Origin: Blepharisma stoltei ATCC 30299
Taxonomy: Eukaryota; Protista; Ciliophora
DNA length: 64,000 nucleotides
Direction: 5' to 3'
Assembly: GCA_965603825.1 (NCBI GenBank)
Contig: CBFDEM010000053.1
Coordinates: forward strand, 124,001-188,000
Shown here piece after piece: positions 46,304 to 58,011 of the stretch. Both the position numbers and the translations under genes were made by a program. Each line of letters starts with the position of its first letter. The first letter of the stretch is position 1. Below the pieces are notes generated by a model. That model had not been told where the DNA came from. It was given only the letters and a program-made list of their open reading frames with translations, and searched no databases.

Positions 46304-47731
46304 TTATGGCTTAAAAGCTGCTAATGCTATATTCCGAGGTGAGTGGATTTTGTCAAATATCTGGATTATTTCTGTCTCAGCTCCATGTTCTCTTAGGTAT
46401 AGAGCTCTGTCTAAAATTATAATATTTTCTATAGGTCCACTAAGTATGCTTCGAAGTGATCATATAATTGCAGATTCCTTTTCTTTACTCCTAAACCTTT
46501 CTTCATAAATAGCATTTACGTCGACATTTTCATAAGGATTTTGCAAGCCCATAGCATTGAAGGCTTTGCTTATATAATCTCCAAAGTTATTAAAAGACTT
46601 TATCCTCGAGCCTACGCTGAAAATGTTTTCATACTGAGGATAAGACTCTGTCAATAGAATTTGGAAAGCTGATCTATAAGAAAATCTTTTGAAAGTTGCT
46701 TCAGGATTTTCTATATGAGCTCTGCAAGCTTCGCTCATAGCTAAAACTCTAGGGATTCTTCCTAAGAAAAATTGTGGGTATTTTTCTTTAATGTATCTAC
46801 TTAAAGGAAATCCAGCTGCTTCTTCTTCGGCAAATAAAGTTTCATCAAGACTATTCCCTTGAAATGAATGCCCAATTTTAGCTAAATACTCATCTGCAGA
46901 CTGCTTTGCTTCAGGAGATATATACTCTGTCAAATGGTTATAACAGCATCCTACATTTACCAAAGCTTTTATTTGAGGGTCACCAAGAAAGAGTTTTATG
47001 CAGCTCGCAGCTAAATCTCCGCAGGTATGAAGCCCAATAAGCACACATGGCTCATTTGTATAAGCAGAAATATTATCAGCTGTCACAAATAGCGAAATAT
47101 TTTCAAATTCCCCATCAGTTTTTAACCTCTGGCATATTAATTTCCCTCGTCTTTCTGATTCGTGGGAATTATGCTCTTTAGCTTCAATTGCAGTTACTTT
47201 AAGTTTAGCTTTTGTGACTAAAAAGTGAGATAAATAGCCTTGCCCTGCGCCTATATCAATAGCTTTTTTCAAGCCAAGTTGTTCAGCTTTTCCACTTATG
47301 TAATGAGCTAGCCTAGGAACTTCATGCATTTTTTTAGGGTTCATGCCATATTTCTCTATTACGGAAACGTCAAATGACTGTGTATAGAGTGGATAATGAG
47401 GACTTAAATTTACTGCTGAGCTTATATAGTTATAAAGTCCTGCCAATTGGATTTGATTGAGAATGCTTGATATTTCAATAAGCTGAGAATAAGAAAATTG
47501 GTGGAGATACTCAATCCATTCTTGAGGAACCCTTGAAAAATAGTCAGTTACAAAAGCTGCGGTCACATGGGATTCCAGAAGGTCACGATTTTCTATCAAA
47601 AAAGGAATGATTTGGTCAATTTGTGCTGTGTATTCGTCCATTTTTCAGATATCATTGGAATAAGGAATAAGAGACTGGAAGCTGGATGGGGAGAAAAGGA
47701 AGGATTTTAGGTTGAGAATGGCTGAACGCAT
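46304..47731 (-). CDS. METTL25/RRNAD1-family SAM-dependent methyltransferase
   Basis: M.PKK.HEV, D+GAGQGYLS, GLHTCGDL, VGCCYN, GFPLS, E..I+LDR..YL.E, FD...SPRN. TGA=Trp at 46460 extends the C-terminus; a second TGA extends the N-terminus to ATG 47731. Confidence 0.9.
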
Positions 47732-47830
47732 TTTTTATTGGTAAAATTCACGCTCATTATGAAATAGAAGGTAAGAATAGAGAGAATTAAAAATATTTAG
47801 TATAAATAGCAAGAGAAAGGAAAGGTTTCA

Positions 47831-47903
47831 GCCCGTTTAGCTCAGTCGGTAGAGCGCCAGCCTCTTAAGCTGGTGGTCGGGGGTTCGAGCCCCCCAGTGG
47901 GCG
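47831..47903 (+). tRNA. tRNA-Lys(CTT)
   Basis: Cloverleaf: GCCCGTT/AGTGGGC acceptor, GCTC/GAGC D arm, CCAGC-CT-CTT-AA-GCTGG anticodon arm, GGGGG-TTCGAGC-CCCCC T arm; followed by a T6 Pol III terminator. Confidence 0.96.
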
Positions 47904-48083
47904 TTTTTTATATCTTTTTGGCTTTTGGCAAGAAATCACTGAAATTATGCTAAATTAAAGTTTTATATAAGATTTATGCTTTTAATTATTATTGGGTAAG
48001 TACTTATGTAAAAAATAAGCGAATTTTTATGAATTCTCCATTTATGTAAACACGCTTACTTAAAAATGCAAAAAAATTATCAA

Positions 48084-48707
48084 TTATTGATACTGGTAAT
48101 TATTGAAAAACATAGTAGCATCACCAAATGGGAGCCGAAACGGTGCTAGTGTGTACATAATAGCTTCCTGCATCAAAGGGTGAATCGTCCTTGGGATTTT
48201 TTGCTGTTTTGTGTCTATATTTTCATCGTTGTCATCATTTGTTTCCTTTTCTTCACTTTTTACGACTAAGCTCTCTTTAAAATGTTTCCTAGATGGGATA
48301 CCAACTCCAGACTTAAAGTGATTCTGGATCTTAAGCATATGGCACAATAAAGGAAATTTTTTATCCAAAATGACTATATGCATCCTATAGCAGACTGAAG
48401 CTAACCTTCCAGTAGCTACTAAGTATTGAACTTTTGGCTTATGTTTTGGCAACGCAGTCACAAAGTTCATTTTCTTCCACTTGAATCTCTTTTTAAGTCC
48501 TTTTACTCTTGGGAAACCAAGATCACGGAGAGTGTTTTCTTTAAGAAAATACATAAGTCCATGAGCTGGAGTTGTGTAGATGAAGGTAGGATGGTCTGTG
48601 AGTATTTGGAAACTGAACTTCTCTGAGTAGTCCTGGTAGTTGCGGATTATAATTTCATATTCAGAACCATTGAGCCAACGCTCCTTCCAAGGAAATTCAG
48701 TGATCAT
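48084..48707 (-). CDS. CG-1-like DNA-binding domain protein (stand-alone)
   Basis: RWL...E...I, P..G..Y, F.WKK and R.H....... LCH.L pattern resembling the CAMTA CG-1 domain. Confidence 0.6.
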   Translation of the reverse strand: MITEFPWKERWLNGSEYEIIIRNYQDYSEKFSFQILTDHPTFIYTTPAHGLMYFLKENTLRDLGFPRVKGLKKRFKWKKMNFVTALPKHKPKVQYLVATGRLASVCYRMHIVILDKKFPLLCHMLKIQNHFKSGVGIPSRKHFKESLVVKSEEKETNDDNDENIDTKQQKIPRTIHPLMQEAIMYTLAPFRLPFGDATMFFNNYQYQ

Positions 48708-49094
48708 TTATATTTTTATAATAGAGCCATTTTGCTAAAGCCAAATAAATGTATATTAATATGAAATTTAAATAGAGAATTAAATGGCATGTTTGTGAAA
48801 AAAGCAACAATGTCGAAGTTTTGGACTAATTGGGATAGCTCAAATCTTTATATAAACAACTGATTTATGATTAGAAATAAATTTAGATAAGATCGCTTTA
48901 GATTTACTGAGCTTTTTAGCTTAAGTTTATAAATATGGACAAACTCCAGCCAGCTTCTGACCCTCAAACCCAAGTCATCATAGAGCGAGCAAAAAAGCAA
49001 AATAAACAAGTTTATATCAAAAAAGGAAATATTTGGTTTAAAGTTAATAATAAATAAAAATAATTTTACAAAAATCTTTCCTCATAATAAATTT

Positions 49095-49511
49095 ATGCAG
49101 TGTGCACAAACTTTGCAAGGAATTTGGGAATCCACTCTGCACTCTTTAGGAGAGTGAGAGCAGCAAATGATGAAAGGGAAGCTTATCCTTGAAATGCAAG
49201 CCCAGGGCTTAGAAGAAGTCTTAGAAAAACTTGTAGCTTTAACTTAGAGTGACATTATTATAAAATTGAAGTGGTTTTTATACACAGTCGAGACACAAAT
49301 TTTTATTCGAGATGAAGCGAGGAGCTGAGTAATTATGATTGAGCTTAAGAAAATAATTGAGATGATGAGTCAAGAATGAGATCTTAAAGTGAGTTTATCA
49401 CAGCAAGCAACTGGGCTGTTAGAGAAAAGGAAGATGGTTGCATATACATGGGTTACCGAGCCATATATGGATGAAAGCTATTTAGCGGCGCTACCTAAGA
49501 AATTCTTTTAG
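49095..49511 (+). CDS. small helical hypothetical protein (absent from the ORF track), weakly C1orf109/AIRIM-like C-terminus
   Basis: Open frame with three TGA=Trp and a 15-nt intron 49233-49247; ends ...YTWVTEPYMDE...TAG. Start codon uncertain. Confidence 0.6.
49233..49247 (+). other. 15-nt intron GTAGCTTTAACTTAG
   Basis: GT..AG, A at -6; removes an in-frame TAG. Confidence 0.7.
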
Positions 49512-49715
49512 GATTATATACTACAGCTCTGTATAAAGGAATGCAATGACTATTTCTCCTTTTAAAGTTAATTCAATTCAATTTAAGTATATCATAATAT
49601 ATAGAAAAATATATGAAGAGAGTTAACTATAATCTATTTATTATAAAAAGTGCAAAACTTATTAAATAATATAGTGAACTTTTCATTTCAGAAATAATTG
49701 AGAATTAGAATAAAT

Positions 49716-50411
49716 TTATAGATATTGAGGATTTTGATAGACTGGGGCATTTGGATACCCAACTGGCTGTACCACTGGATAGCTCGGCGGTACCATTCTT
49801 GGGATATTTTGATATCCATTTTGAGCAAATTGCCCAAAAATTACAGGCTGAGGCTGAGGATAAACAACTTGTGGCTGCCCTGCCACAATCAATGGATCAT
49901 TAAGTGTCTGATTTGCTTCTTCCATTGCGCTTTGCAGTTTCTTTGCATGATTATAAGCAAACTGTGCCAGTGTAAAAGTTCCAGCCACAATTACAAAAAT
50001 AATCCCTGATAGTATCATTAATGCTTCAGCTAAGTCTTCGTTATCCTCACAGTCATCATTTCTATAGCAATCTAGCCCTCCAAACCACACCCATGATGCA
50101 ATGAAACCTAATCCAGTTCCAATCATAAGGAGACTACAAATAATTCTTGTTGAATTTAGCATAGCCACATAAGTTGACACTGTAGAAATACTACTGTTTC
50201 AATTAGAAGCACACCAGCCATATTGCCCTATCAGAGCATAAGGGAAGAAAATCACGATATACCAAAACCAAGAACTCCATGTTCCAAATACAAAAAACAG
50301 GATAAAAGGTACTATAAAAAAGCAATGGAATACAATTGAGTCACAACGCACATTTCCTTTATGCTTTTCTACTTCATTTCGGCAGTGGCTACTATTGTAT
50401 ATTGGTATCAT
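49716..50411 (-). CDS. multi-pass membrane protein with Pro/Gln/Tyr-rich cytoplasmic tail
   Basis: TGA=Trp at 50199 joins two ORFs; about 4 TM helices, Cys-containing loop, PQ/PY-rich tail including PPSY. Confidence 0.75.
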
Positions 50412-50490
50412 TTTTATTACTACCTGACGATAACTAATTAAAGTTACTGGGTAAATAACGATTTATGGATTTTTAAATATATATTATAGT

Positions 50491-51867
50491 TTATTGCCAT
50501 GCGCTGCTAGCTCTTTTTTTTAGCACTAAATAATCCTCCATCAGCCTTCTCACCCATTTCCAAATCTGCTTTGAGTTAGGCTCAATATAAAAAGTCCCAG
50601 GAGGCGAGCACTCTTTGATAAGTTTTGAAAGTCTTTGAATTAATTTTTTGTGATTTTTGTATTCTTTTAATTCTCTGATTATTGTAAGAATTTGTGCTGC
50701 ATTTTCAGGCTTTTGGTTGCCAAGAGCAGCTTTTAGGTTGCTGATGCCCTTTTTGACTCAGTCAGAGATTTCTGATTCTAAATCGCGTTTTTTCTTGAGA
50801 ACACTGCGAACTTCTTCTTCTAGCCTCTGGGCGTCTTCTTTACGGAGAATAGCAGCTCTATCAAGTTCGCTACGGAGGCCTTTGATTTCTTCTTCTCTTG
50901 CATCTCTAACAGCGCTTAGCCTTGACACTTCTCTTTGTAGGTCTAATACAATGGATTTAGAAGTAATAGTTTGCTTTTCATTGCTTTCTAATTGAAATCT
51001 TAAATTTTCATTTTCATTTATCAAATTTGCCCTTTCTTTTACCAATCCATTTATTTTTCTTTCAGCCTCTTCTAGTCTTTGAATTTTTTGGTCATCATTT
51101 CTTTCAATTTGATTTTTTTCAAACTCCAATCTTTTTATCTGCTGATCTTTAACATTCATTTGTACTTGAAAATTGCTTGATTGTTCCTGCAGCCTCATAT
51201 TTTTTATCTCACAAGCTTCTAATCTTGCTTGCAAATCATCAATTTTTTTGATTTGGTAGCCTGCGTCGCTTTCTTTTTCATTTCTTATTAAATTCATTTT
51301 GGTTCGATATTCATCCACTTCTCTTTGCAGCCTAGAATTTTTCTGTGTAAGTTCATCAATAATCCTATCTTTTTCAATAACTTTTCCTTCAAGCTTTATT
51401 GAATTTTCTTTTTCCATTTCAAGTAAAATTGAATTTTCCCAACTATCATCTTTTTTTGAAGTAAAGCCATGGTATTCATTTGTTTTAAAACTGCTTTTAA
51501 AGCTTGGTGAGCCTTGTCTTAGCTCTTCAAAGCTTTTGGTCATATTTTCATGATTTCTATTAAAAGCTGCTGGGGATCTTATTAAAGGCCTTTCTTCCCT
51601 TGAATAGTCTAAGCTTTTTTCTTCTACAGGGGCTAGGCTGCTTCTAACGTCCACACGATGGCTATCTTCTTCAAATCTTTCTTCAAGAAAACGGTCAAGT
51701 GACCTTTCTGTATTAAATGATGAAGCAGAGTCAATGCGATTGAACAAAGACGGACGAAATGAGCTTTCAAAGCCAAACTCTTGGCCTGAAGGAGATAGTT
51801 CACTAATAGCTTTTCTAATGCTTGATACTTTGTCTTCGATTTGGTATCTATCTGGGCTACTTTCCAT
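50491..51867 (-). CDS. coiled-coil protein with C-terminal P..KQIWKWVRRLMEDY motif
   Basis: TGA=Trp at 50758 extends the ORF by 89 codons to TAA at 50491. Confidence 0.8.
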
Positions 51868-51986
51868 TTGAATTAAATTTGAAATAGGAAATTAATAATT
51901 CATGATTAATTAATTAGAAAGTCTTTGATTTTATGTATGATTATTAATGAGATAAGATTTGAATTCACTATAAATTTTAATTAAAT

Positions 51987-54900
51987 TTAATATTTAGCTG
52001 ATTTTCTTGGCTTTTCAATTTCTAGTGCAATATCTTTTGTGGTCAGATCTTTAATTCTTGGTATTTTCACTTTTAAGTTGTAATTCGGCACCTCTTCTCC
52101 TGACCCTTTAATTTTTCCATCCACAAAATGCCCATCATAAACAGTCCCATCTTCTCTTCTCAATATTCCCCTCCCATGGACTTTATCTTCAAAAAATTCT
52201 CCTTCATAGGTAGCTCCATCTCTCATTTGGAGAAACCCTTTCCCATGCCTCATTGCGTATTTTACCTGACCGCTATAAATTTCGTTTTTATCATCTTCAT
52301 ATCCAAGACCATTAGGTGTATCTAAGAACCAGTCACCAATATAAGTCTGGCCGTCATACTTAGTTAGAACTCCAAAGCCACATTTTACGTTATTAACCCA
52401 ATATCCTTCATAAATATCTCCTTCTTTAGTAACGACTCTGCCTAAGCCATTTCTCTTATTATTTTTCCAAAATCCTTCATAGACTTGATTATAAAAAATT
52501 TCAATTCCTCTCCCACATCTTTGATTTCTGCTGGTCCACTCACCATAATAATAAATCCCAGGCCCTATTTCTTTCCATTCACAAAATTCTGGGAGTACTT
52601 TTGGATACCTAAAATCAGGATCCTGGAAGCTAAATGGGGCTAGAGAGTTCCTTACTGACAATAGCAATTCAAAATCTTTGCGTTCTTCATGAGGGAAATG
52701 GACTGATTTAAGTTTTATTATTCTTTCATCAGTTTCCTTTTCAAAACTTTCATCAATTTCTTCATTTTTCACATCGCTTTTTGCTGTTACTGAACTTTTT
52801 TCTGTTTGGAAGTCAGACTCTTCATCTTTTTGGACCAAGACATTTTCTTCAAGTGATGAAAATTTCATATCTGAAGGAGATTTTGGTAGCATAAAATTAT
52901 TTAGATTAGTAGAATTGCTGGGGAGAGGAGTATCAGGAAGCGAAATATCGTGAACAGGCTGAGGCGTTTCATCCAAACTAGGCTCATGCATAGGTGCAAT
53001 TCATTTAGTTGAAGACTCGTCAGCTGAAATATTAACTTCAGAATCATTTAAAGGTAGAGGAGCTTGTGACTGAAATGATGATTTGATTGAAACACTTTGA
53101 GAAGGGGATTCTTCAATTTTTGGCTGCCCAAACTCTATATCAGAATCAATGTTTTCAGTTTCTAATTTTTGTGATGATGCAACTGAAGAATTTAAACTTT
53201 GTCTGCCGCTTGAATTTTGGCTTTGCTCGACTTCGCTGGAATCTTCGTGAGATCTTGCAGAATCAAGACCATACTCTTCATATTTGCTGGGCTGGCTTGA
53301 ATGATGGCTTTGTTCTTCTTCATCTGAGCTTTGATTAGATTTGCCTGAGTTTTGGCTTTTTTCTTCTTCATTTGAACTCTTATTAGATTTGCTAGAATTT
53401 TGGGAGCTTTTATTAGATTTGTTTGAGCTTTGGCTTTTTACCGAACTTTTTTCTTCTGAGTTTGAGCTTTTATTGGACTTTTTTGGAGCTTCACTTATTC
53501 TAGAGCTTTGGTTGGAGACTCTTGAAGATTCAATTTCTTCAGAAGTATCGCTACCAGGTAATGAAATTATATCTGATTCTTCGAGTTCTTTGTGTCTTAT
53601 TTTTCCAAGCGCAAAACTATCTTCAACTGCCACTTGGAGACTCTGAATGTCTTCATTAGAATTTTTCTCTTCCTCGTTTTCTAAGTTTTTGTGCTTTCTT
53701 TTTTTCTTCTTGCTGGTCTTTGGTTCATCTCCACTTTGATGGGAAATTTCTATTTCGCCTGGAGTTGTAAATTCATTTTCTTCTTGTTTTTTCTTTTTAT
53801 TCTTTTTCTTTTCTGTTATTTCTACATCAGATATTTCTAAAGGCTTTTCTGTTATTCCGGCATCGGATAACTCTAAAGGCTTTTCTGTTATAATTCCTTC
53901 ACTAAACTCTTCACTTTCTTCAGTAATTTTTTTCTTATTTCTGTGCTTTTTTGTTTTTATTTTTTTTTCATCAGATTTCTCTAAATTTTGGTTTCCATAT
54001 TCAATGGCTATCTCTTCTTCTTTCTCTATCACCTCAAACTCTTGTTTATCTTGTATCCCAATCTCATCAATACTTTGAGATATTTCTACCACTTCTTCGC
54101 TTTCTATTCTTTCTGACCCCTCTTCTTCAATACTTACTTTATTTTTCTTTTTCTTTTTATCTTCCTTTATACTTGCCTCCTCAAAAGGATTTTCTTTTTC
54201 TTCTTCCGAACTAGATTTAATGTGTTTTTTATGTTTTCTCTTAACAATCTTTTCTTCTTCTGAAACCCTAAAGTTCCAATCACTTCCACTTTCTCCTTTT
54301 TTGCTTATTTTAGGATCATCTTCTTCTTTTTCACTCATCAAAAATGAGGACACTTCTTGTTTTTTCATCCTGAAACTTAAATCTTCTGCTAATAATGGGT
54401 TTTCTAGCGGAATTTTAAAAGCGGTTTGAGACTCTTCAAGTTCTTGATTAGAATTTAAGCCAGAAATATCTGAAGATTTTTGATCAATTTGGCTTTTTAT
54501 AAGCTCGTCTTCATATGCATCTTTTGTGTTGGGATCGTACTCTTTATAGTAACTTGTTTTAAGTTCTTCAAAATTAAAAGATACAGAGTCATCAGTTAAT
54601 TCTTTGGCTTGTGCAAGCTTATTTTTTGGTATATCCATATTAGGCTTGAAAGAAGCTCTACTTATAACTCCTTCTGATTTCGGGCTCATAAAGTTTTCTT
54701 CATCAGTCATTTTGCTGACTTTTGCCAAAATTTCTTCAACTGATGATGCTAATGCATTTGATGGCGGGCTTCTAGCTGCCTCAGAGCTTCTTTCAGACTC
54801 TGACCCAAAAACTCCTTCTGCGTATTGTTTTTTCTTAATAGAAGACTCAGTTCTTTTAAGCTGACTTTTTCTCCACCTGCCTTTAAATTCATTTCCATTC

Positions 54901-55742
54901 TCATCAACATAAGCACCATCTCCATGCATCATATTAGATTTTCATTCTCCCTGGTATTTTCTCCCATCATTTCAAACCATAACCCCATATCCTTGCCTTA
55001 CATCGTCTACAAAATCTCCATTATAGTTAAATTCTGTGTTTTTAAAAGTCCCTTCACCATTAAGCATATCATTATGCCAATTTCCTTCAAAAATTCCATC
55101 AGAAGTGATCAATTTTCCTGGTCCTTCACGCTTATCGTTTTTAAAATTGCCTTTATAAACGCATTCATTTGCATATGTAAATTCTCCATATCCATGCTTT
55201 AAGCCTTTTTTGAATTCTCCAATATATTTTCCTTCATCAGAAATTTTGATACCTCTGCCATTAGGTGTGTTACTTTCAAGTTCCCCATCGTATACAAATT
55301 CATTCGAAATTATTTTTCCATGGCCAATTATTGTATCGTTTATCCATCTTCCTTCATAAACAGTTCCGTCTGTATCAATTAGTCTTCCAAAGCCATTGGG
55401 CTGATGCATTCTGAAGTTTCCTTCATAGACGCTGCCGTTTTCTTTAAGTAAAGCTCCGAAGCCATGAAAAGTATAGGCTTTTGTCATATTTCCTGAGTAA
55501 ATCCCAACCTTAGTTTTGACATTTTCATACCAGCTTAAGTCTTCATTGATTTTTTCTGGAAATGGCAGTGGTTCTAGCTTTTTATATCTTTTTATTGTCG
55601 CTTTATATACTTTAGATTGATTTTTTTCAAATAATGACAAAACTAAATTTTTTGGAGGAGTTTTTAGGCTTTTTGGTGGACCGACTATGGAGCCTCGGGA
55701 ACTTGATTCAAACGATATCTGTGGAGTTGATTTTTGAGACAT
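51987..55742 (-). CDS. 1251-aa protein with two MORN-repeat arrays separated by an acidic/Ser-rich linker
   Basis: TGA=Trp at 54972, 54942 (YQGEW, canonical MORN Trp) and 53001 join three track ORFs; Y.G.[WF]..G..[HN]G.G repeats at both ends. Confidence 0.88.
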
Positions 55743-55930
55743 ATTAAAAACGATTATTATATATTCATAAAGAAATTTATACCAGAACTCTTATTTTCAA
55801 AGCTTAAATTCATAACTTTGGAAAGCTGCAATAGCAATTGAAAAGTAATATATATTTTGTTGAGATTTATTTTTAAATCTTATACAAAAAAAACTTGCCC
55901 ACATTATCACCTATTCGGTGTAATTCTAAA

Positions 55931-56215
55931 ATGGACGATAAGCTCAACTCATCATTTGTAAATGCAGCGAATGCATTAAGCGCTCTCTTCAAAGAAAGCC
56001 AAAACCAAGTAGAAGAGTCATACCAAAGAGGTAAAGCTGACTTCTACCAAGAAGTTCTTAAGTGGATGCTTGATTCTCATAATGGTGACATCCGATATGT
56101 TACAGTTGAAAACTTAATGGAATTTGTTAATAATTGTTTATCACAGCCAAGATCTATTTCTCAAGAAATTCCTATTGAATATCCTTTGAAAAAATTCAAA
56201 CCTTCAAGAAATTAA
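55931..56215 (+). CDS. small protein resembling the HAPSTR1/C16orf72 N-terminal domain
   Basis: L...F..AA..+..L+K.S......Y..G......+..W pattern; true ATG at 55931 (the track start is a TTG). Confidence 0.6.
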   Translation: MDDKLNSSFVNAANALSALFKESQNQVEESYQRGKADFYQEVLKWMLDSHNGDIRYVTVENLMEFVNNCLSQPRSISQEIPIEYPLKKFKPSRN

Positions 56216-56504
56216 ATATTACTCTACCATACCATTGGAGATTTCTGGATTAATCAGTAATTTTATTTTATTTGAGGTCTATTAGTGGTTTAAATTTTGT
56301 GTTTAGTATAAAGCAGCGGAATAGGGTTAGAATGAAAATTAGCTATATAATCACCATTGGCTTATAAGATAATAAATTAGGATAATTAGTAAAATCTTCC
56401 TAAAAACTTGAAATAGACTTATAAAATTCTGAAGTTCTAATTTTATTCTTTTATTCGGTCATAGCCCTTAATCTTTTTGCTTTATAATCTTCATATAGTC
56501 TAAA

Positions 56505-57692
56505 ATGGATGACCAAGTAGAAGTTCACTTCCAAACTGATTTAGGTGAAGATTGGCAAGTTTCTGAAAGCTACTGGATAAATACCAGCAGTGGAAAAACT
56601 GAGCTTCAAGATATAATTCTTCAGCACCTTAACAAGCAAGCGAATTTGATGCTTCTTCTTAATGGAGACATCATCACGAATTCTTTAGAAGAGTAATTCC
56701 TATATAGGCATATGAGGACTCAAGGACTCTCTACAGAGCAAAAAATCGAAATTTGGTTTTCTATCGAGATTCCACCACCTTCTTCTCTAGGAGAAATACA
56801 GCATGATGACTGGATTTCATGTGTCCAGCTGACAAGCCAAGGGTGCTTTGTGTCAGACTATGGAGGATTTCTGGCACTTTATAATGAAAACCAAGAAGAA
56901 ATCATAAAAAATCAGATTTTTAGCCACCCTATAAAATCGATAGATTTCAATGAAAATTCTAATTTGCTGATCGCAAGCTCTAAAACTGGCGACATAAAAA
57001 TCTACAATTTCCAAGAAAATTCATTAGAAGAGTCAGCATTTTCGCATATAAAGCACATAGAAAAAGTCACATCTAATCCTTCAGGCTCCATGTGGGCTGT
57101 TGGAACCTATTCAGGAGAAATAAACCTTGCCAAAATTAACGAAGAAACCGCAAATATACGAGATGGAACTAAGAAGCAAAGACTTGACAAGTTTAACATT
57201 GAAATAAACCAGTTAAATTTGCCACATACAGACTGTATAACTGGGCTTAAGTGGCCGTCTCTTGATTTGTTATTAACAAGCTCTACTGATCATTCAATTA
57301 TGGCTGTCGATTTAGAGACCCAATCTGTAATTTCAAGCATTTTGGCTCCAAGGTCTATTCAAGCATTCAATGTTTTTGAGAATAACATTGCAGCTGGTTT
57401 TGAAAATGGGCTAACACAACTCTATGACTATAGAAATTCACAAGTAAATGCTATTTAGAAAATTGCTTTATTGGAAGGGAAATCTTGGGTAAGAGCTATT
57501 TCAATGAAAGACTTGTATATTGCTGTTGGGCATGAAAACGGAAATTTAAGGTTTTTCGATAGAAGAAGTGTGAAGAGTCCATTGCACACAATAGAAGCTC
57601 ACCAAGGAAAAGTATTGACAACAGATTGGCTGAATAGTATTATTTCTAGTGGAGGGTCAGATTCAATAGTAAAATATCACACATTTAGTTAG
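56505..57692 (+). CDS. WDR12: ribosome biogenesis protein WDR12/Ytm1
   Basis: N-terminal ubiquitin-like NLE domain (V.V.F.T...GLSTE..IEI), HDDWISCV, WD40 repeats; introns 56693-56707 and 57444-57458 join three track ORFs. Confidence 0.85.
56693..56707 (+). other. 15-nt intron GTAATTCCTATATAG
   Basis: Consensus match; removes an in-frame TAA. Confidence 0.9.
57444..57458 (+). other. 15-nt intron GTAAATGCTATTTAG
   Basis: Consensus match; removes an in-frame TAG. Confidence 0.9.
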
Positions 57693-58011
57693 ATTTTTAT
57701 AATGAAAATAACTCTTTTCGCTTCAATAATTATTATGCCAATATTATTTAAATTTTTCTAATTAGACATCCAAATCAGCTTGGAATTTTTAATCTACTGC
57801 TGACTCTTATATAATTATAATCATTAGTTATTCCTAAACACTTCTGATACTATTACAAAAAAAATTATTATAAAATTGGCTTTTATTTTAGTATCATCAA
57901 AATGTCAAATCTATATAAAATTTATATAAAATGGACATATTTAATTAAGTAGTTAAGGATAATTAATCTTCGTCTCTTAGCAATGCTTTCTGACCGTTCA
58001 AATTATAATAA

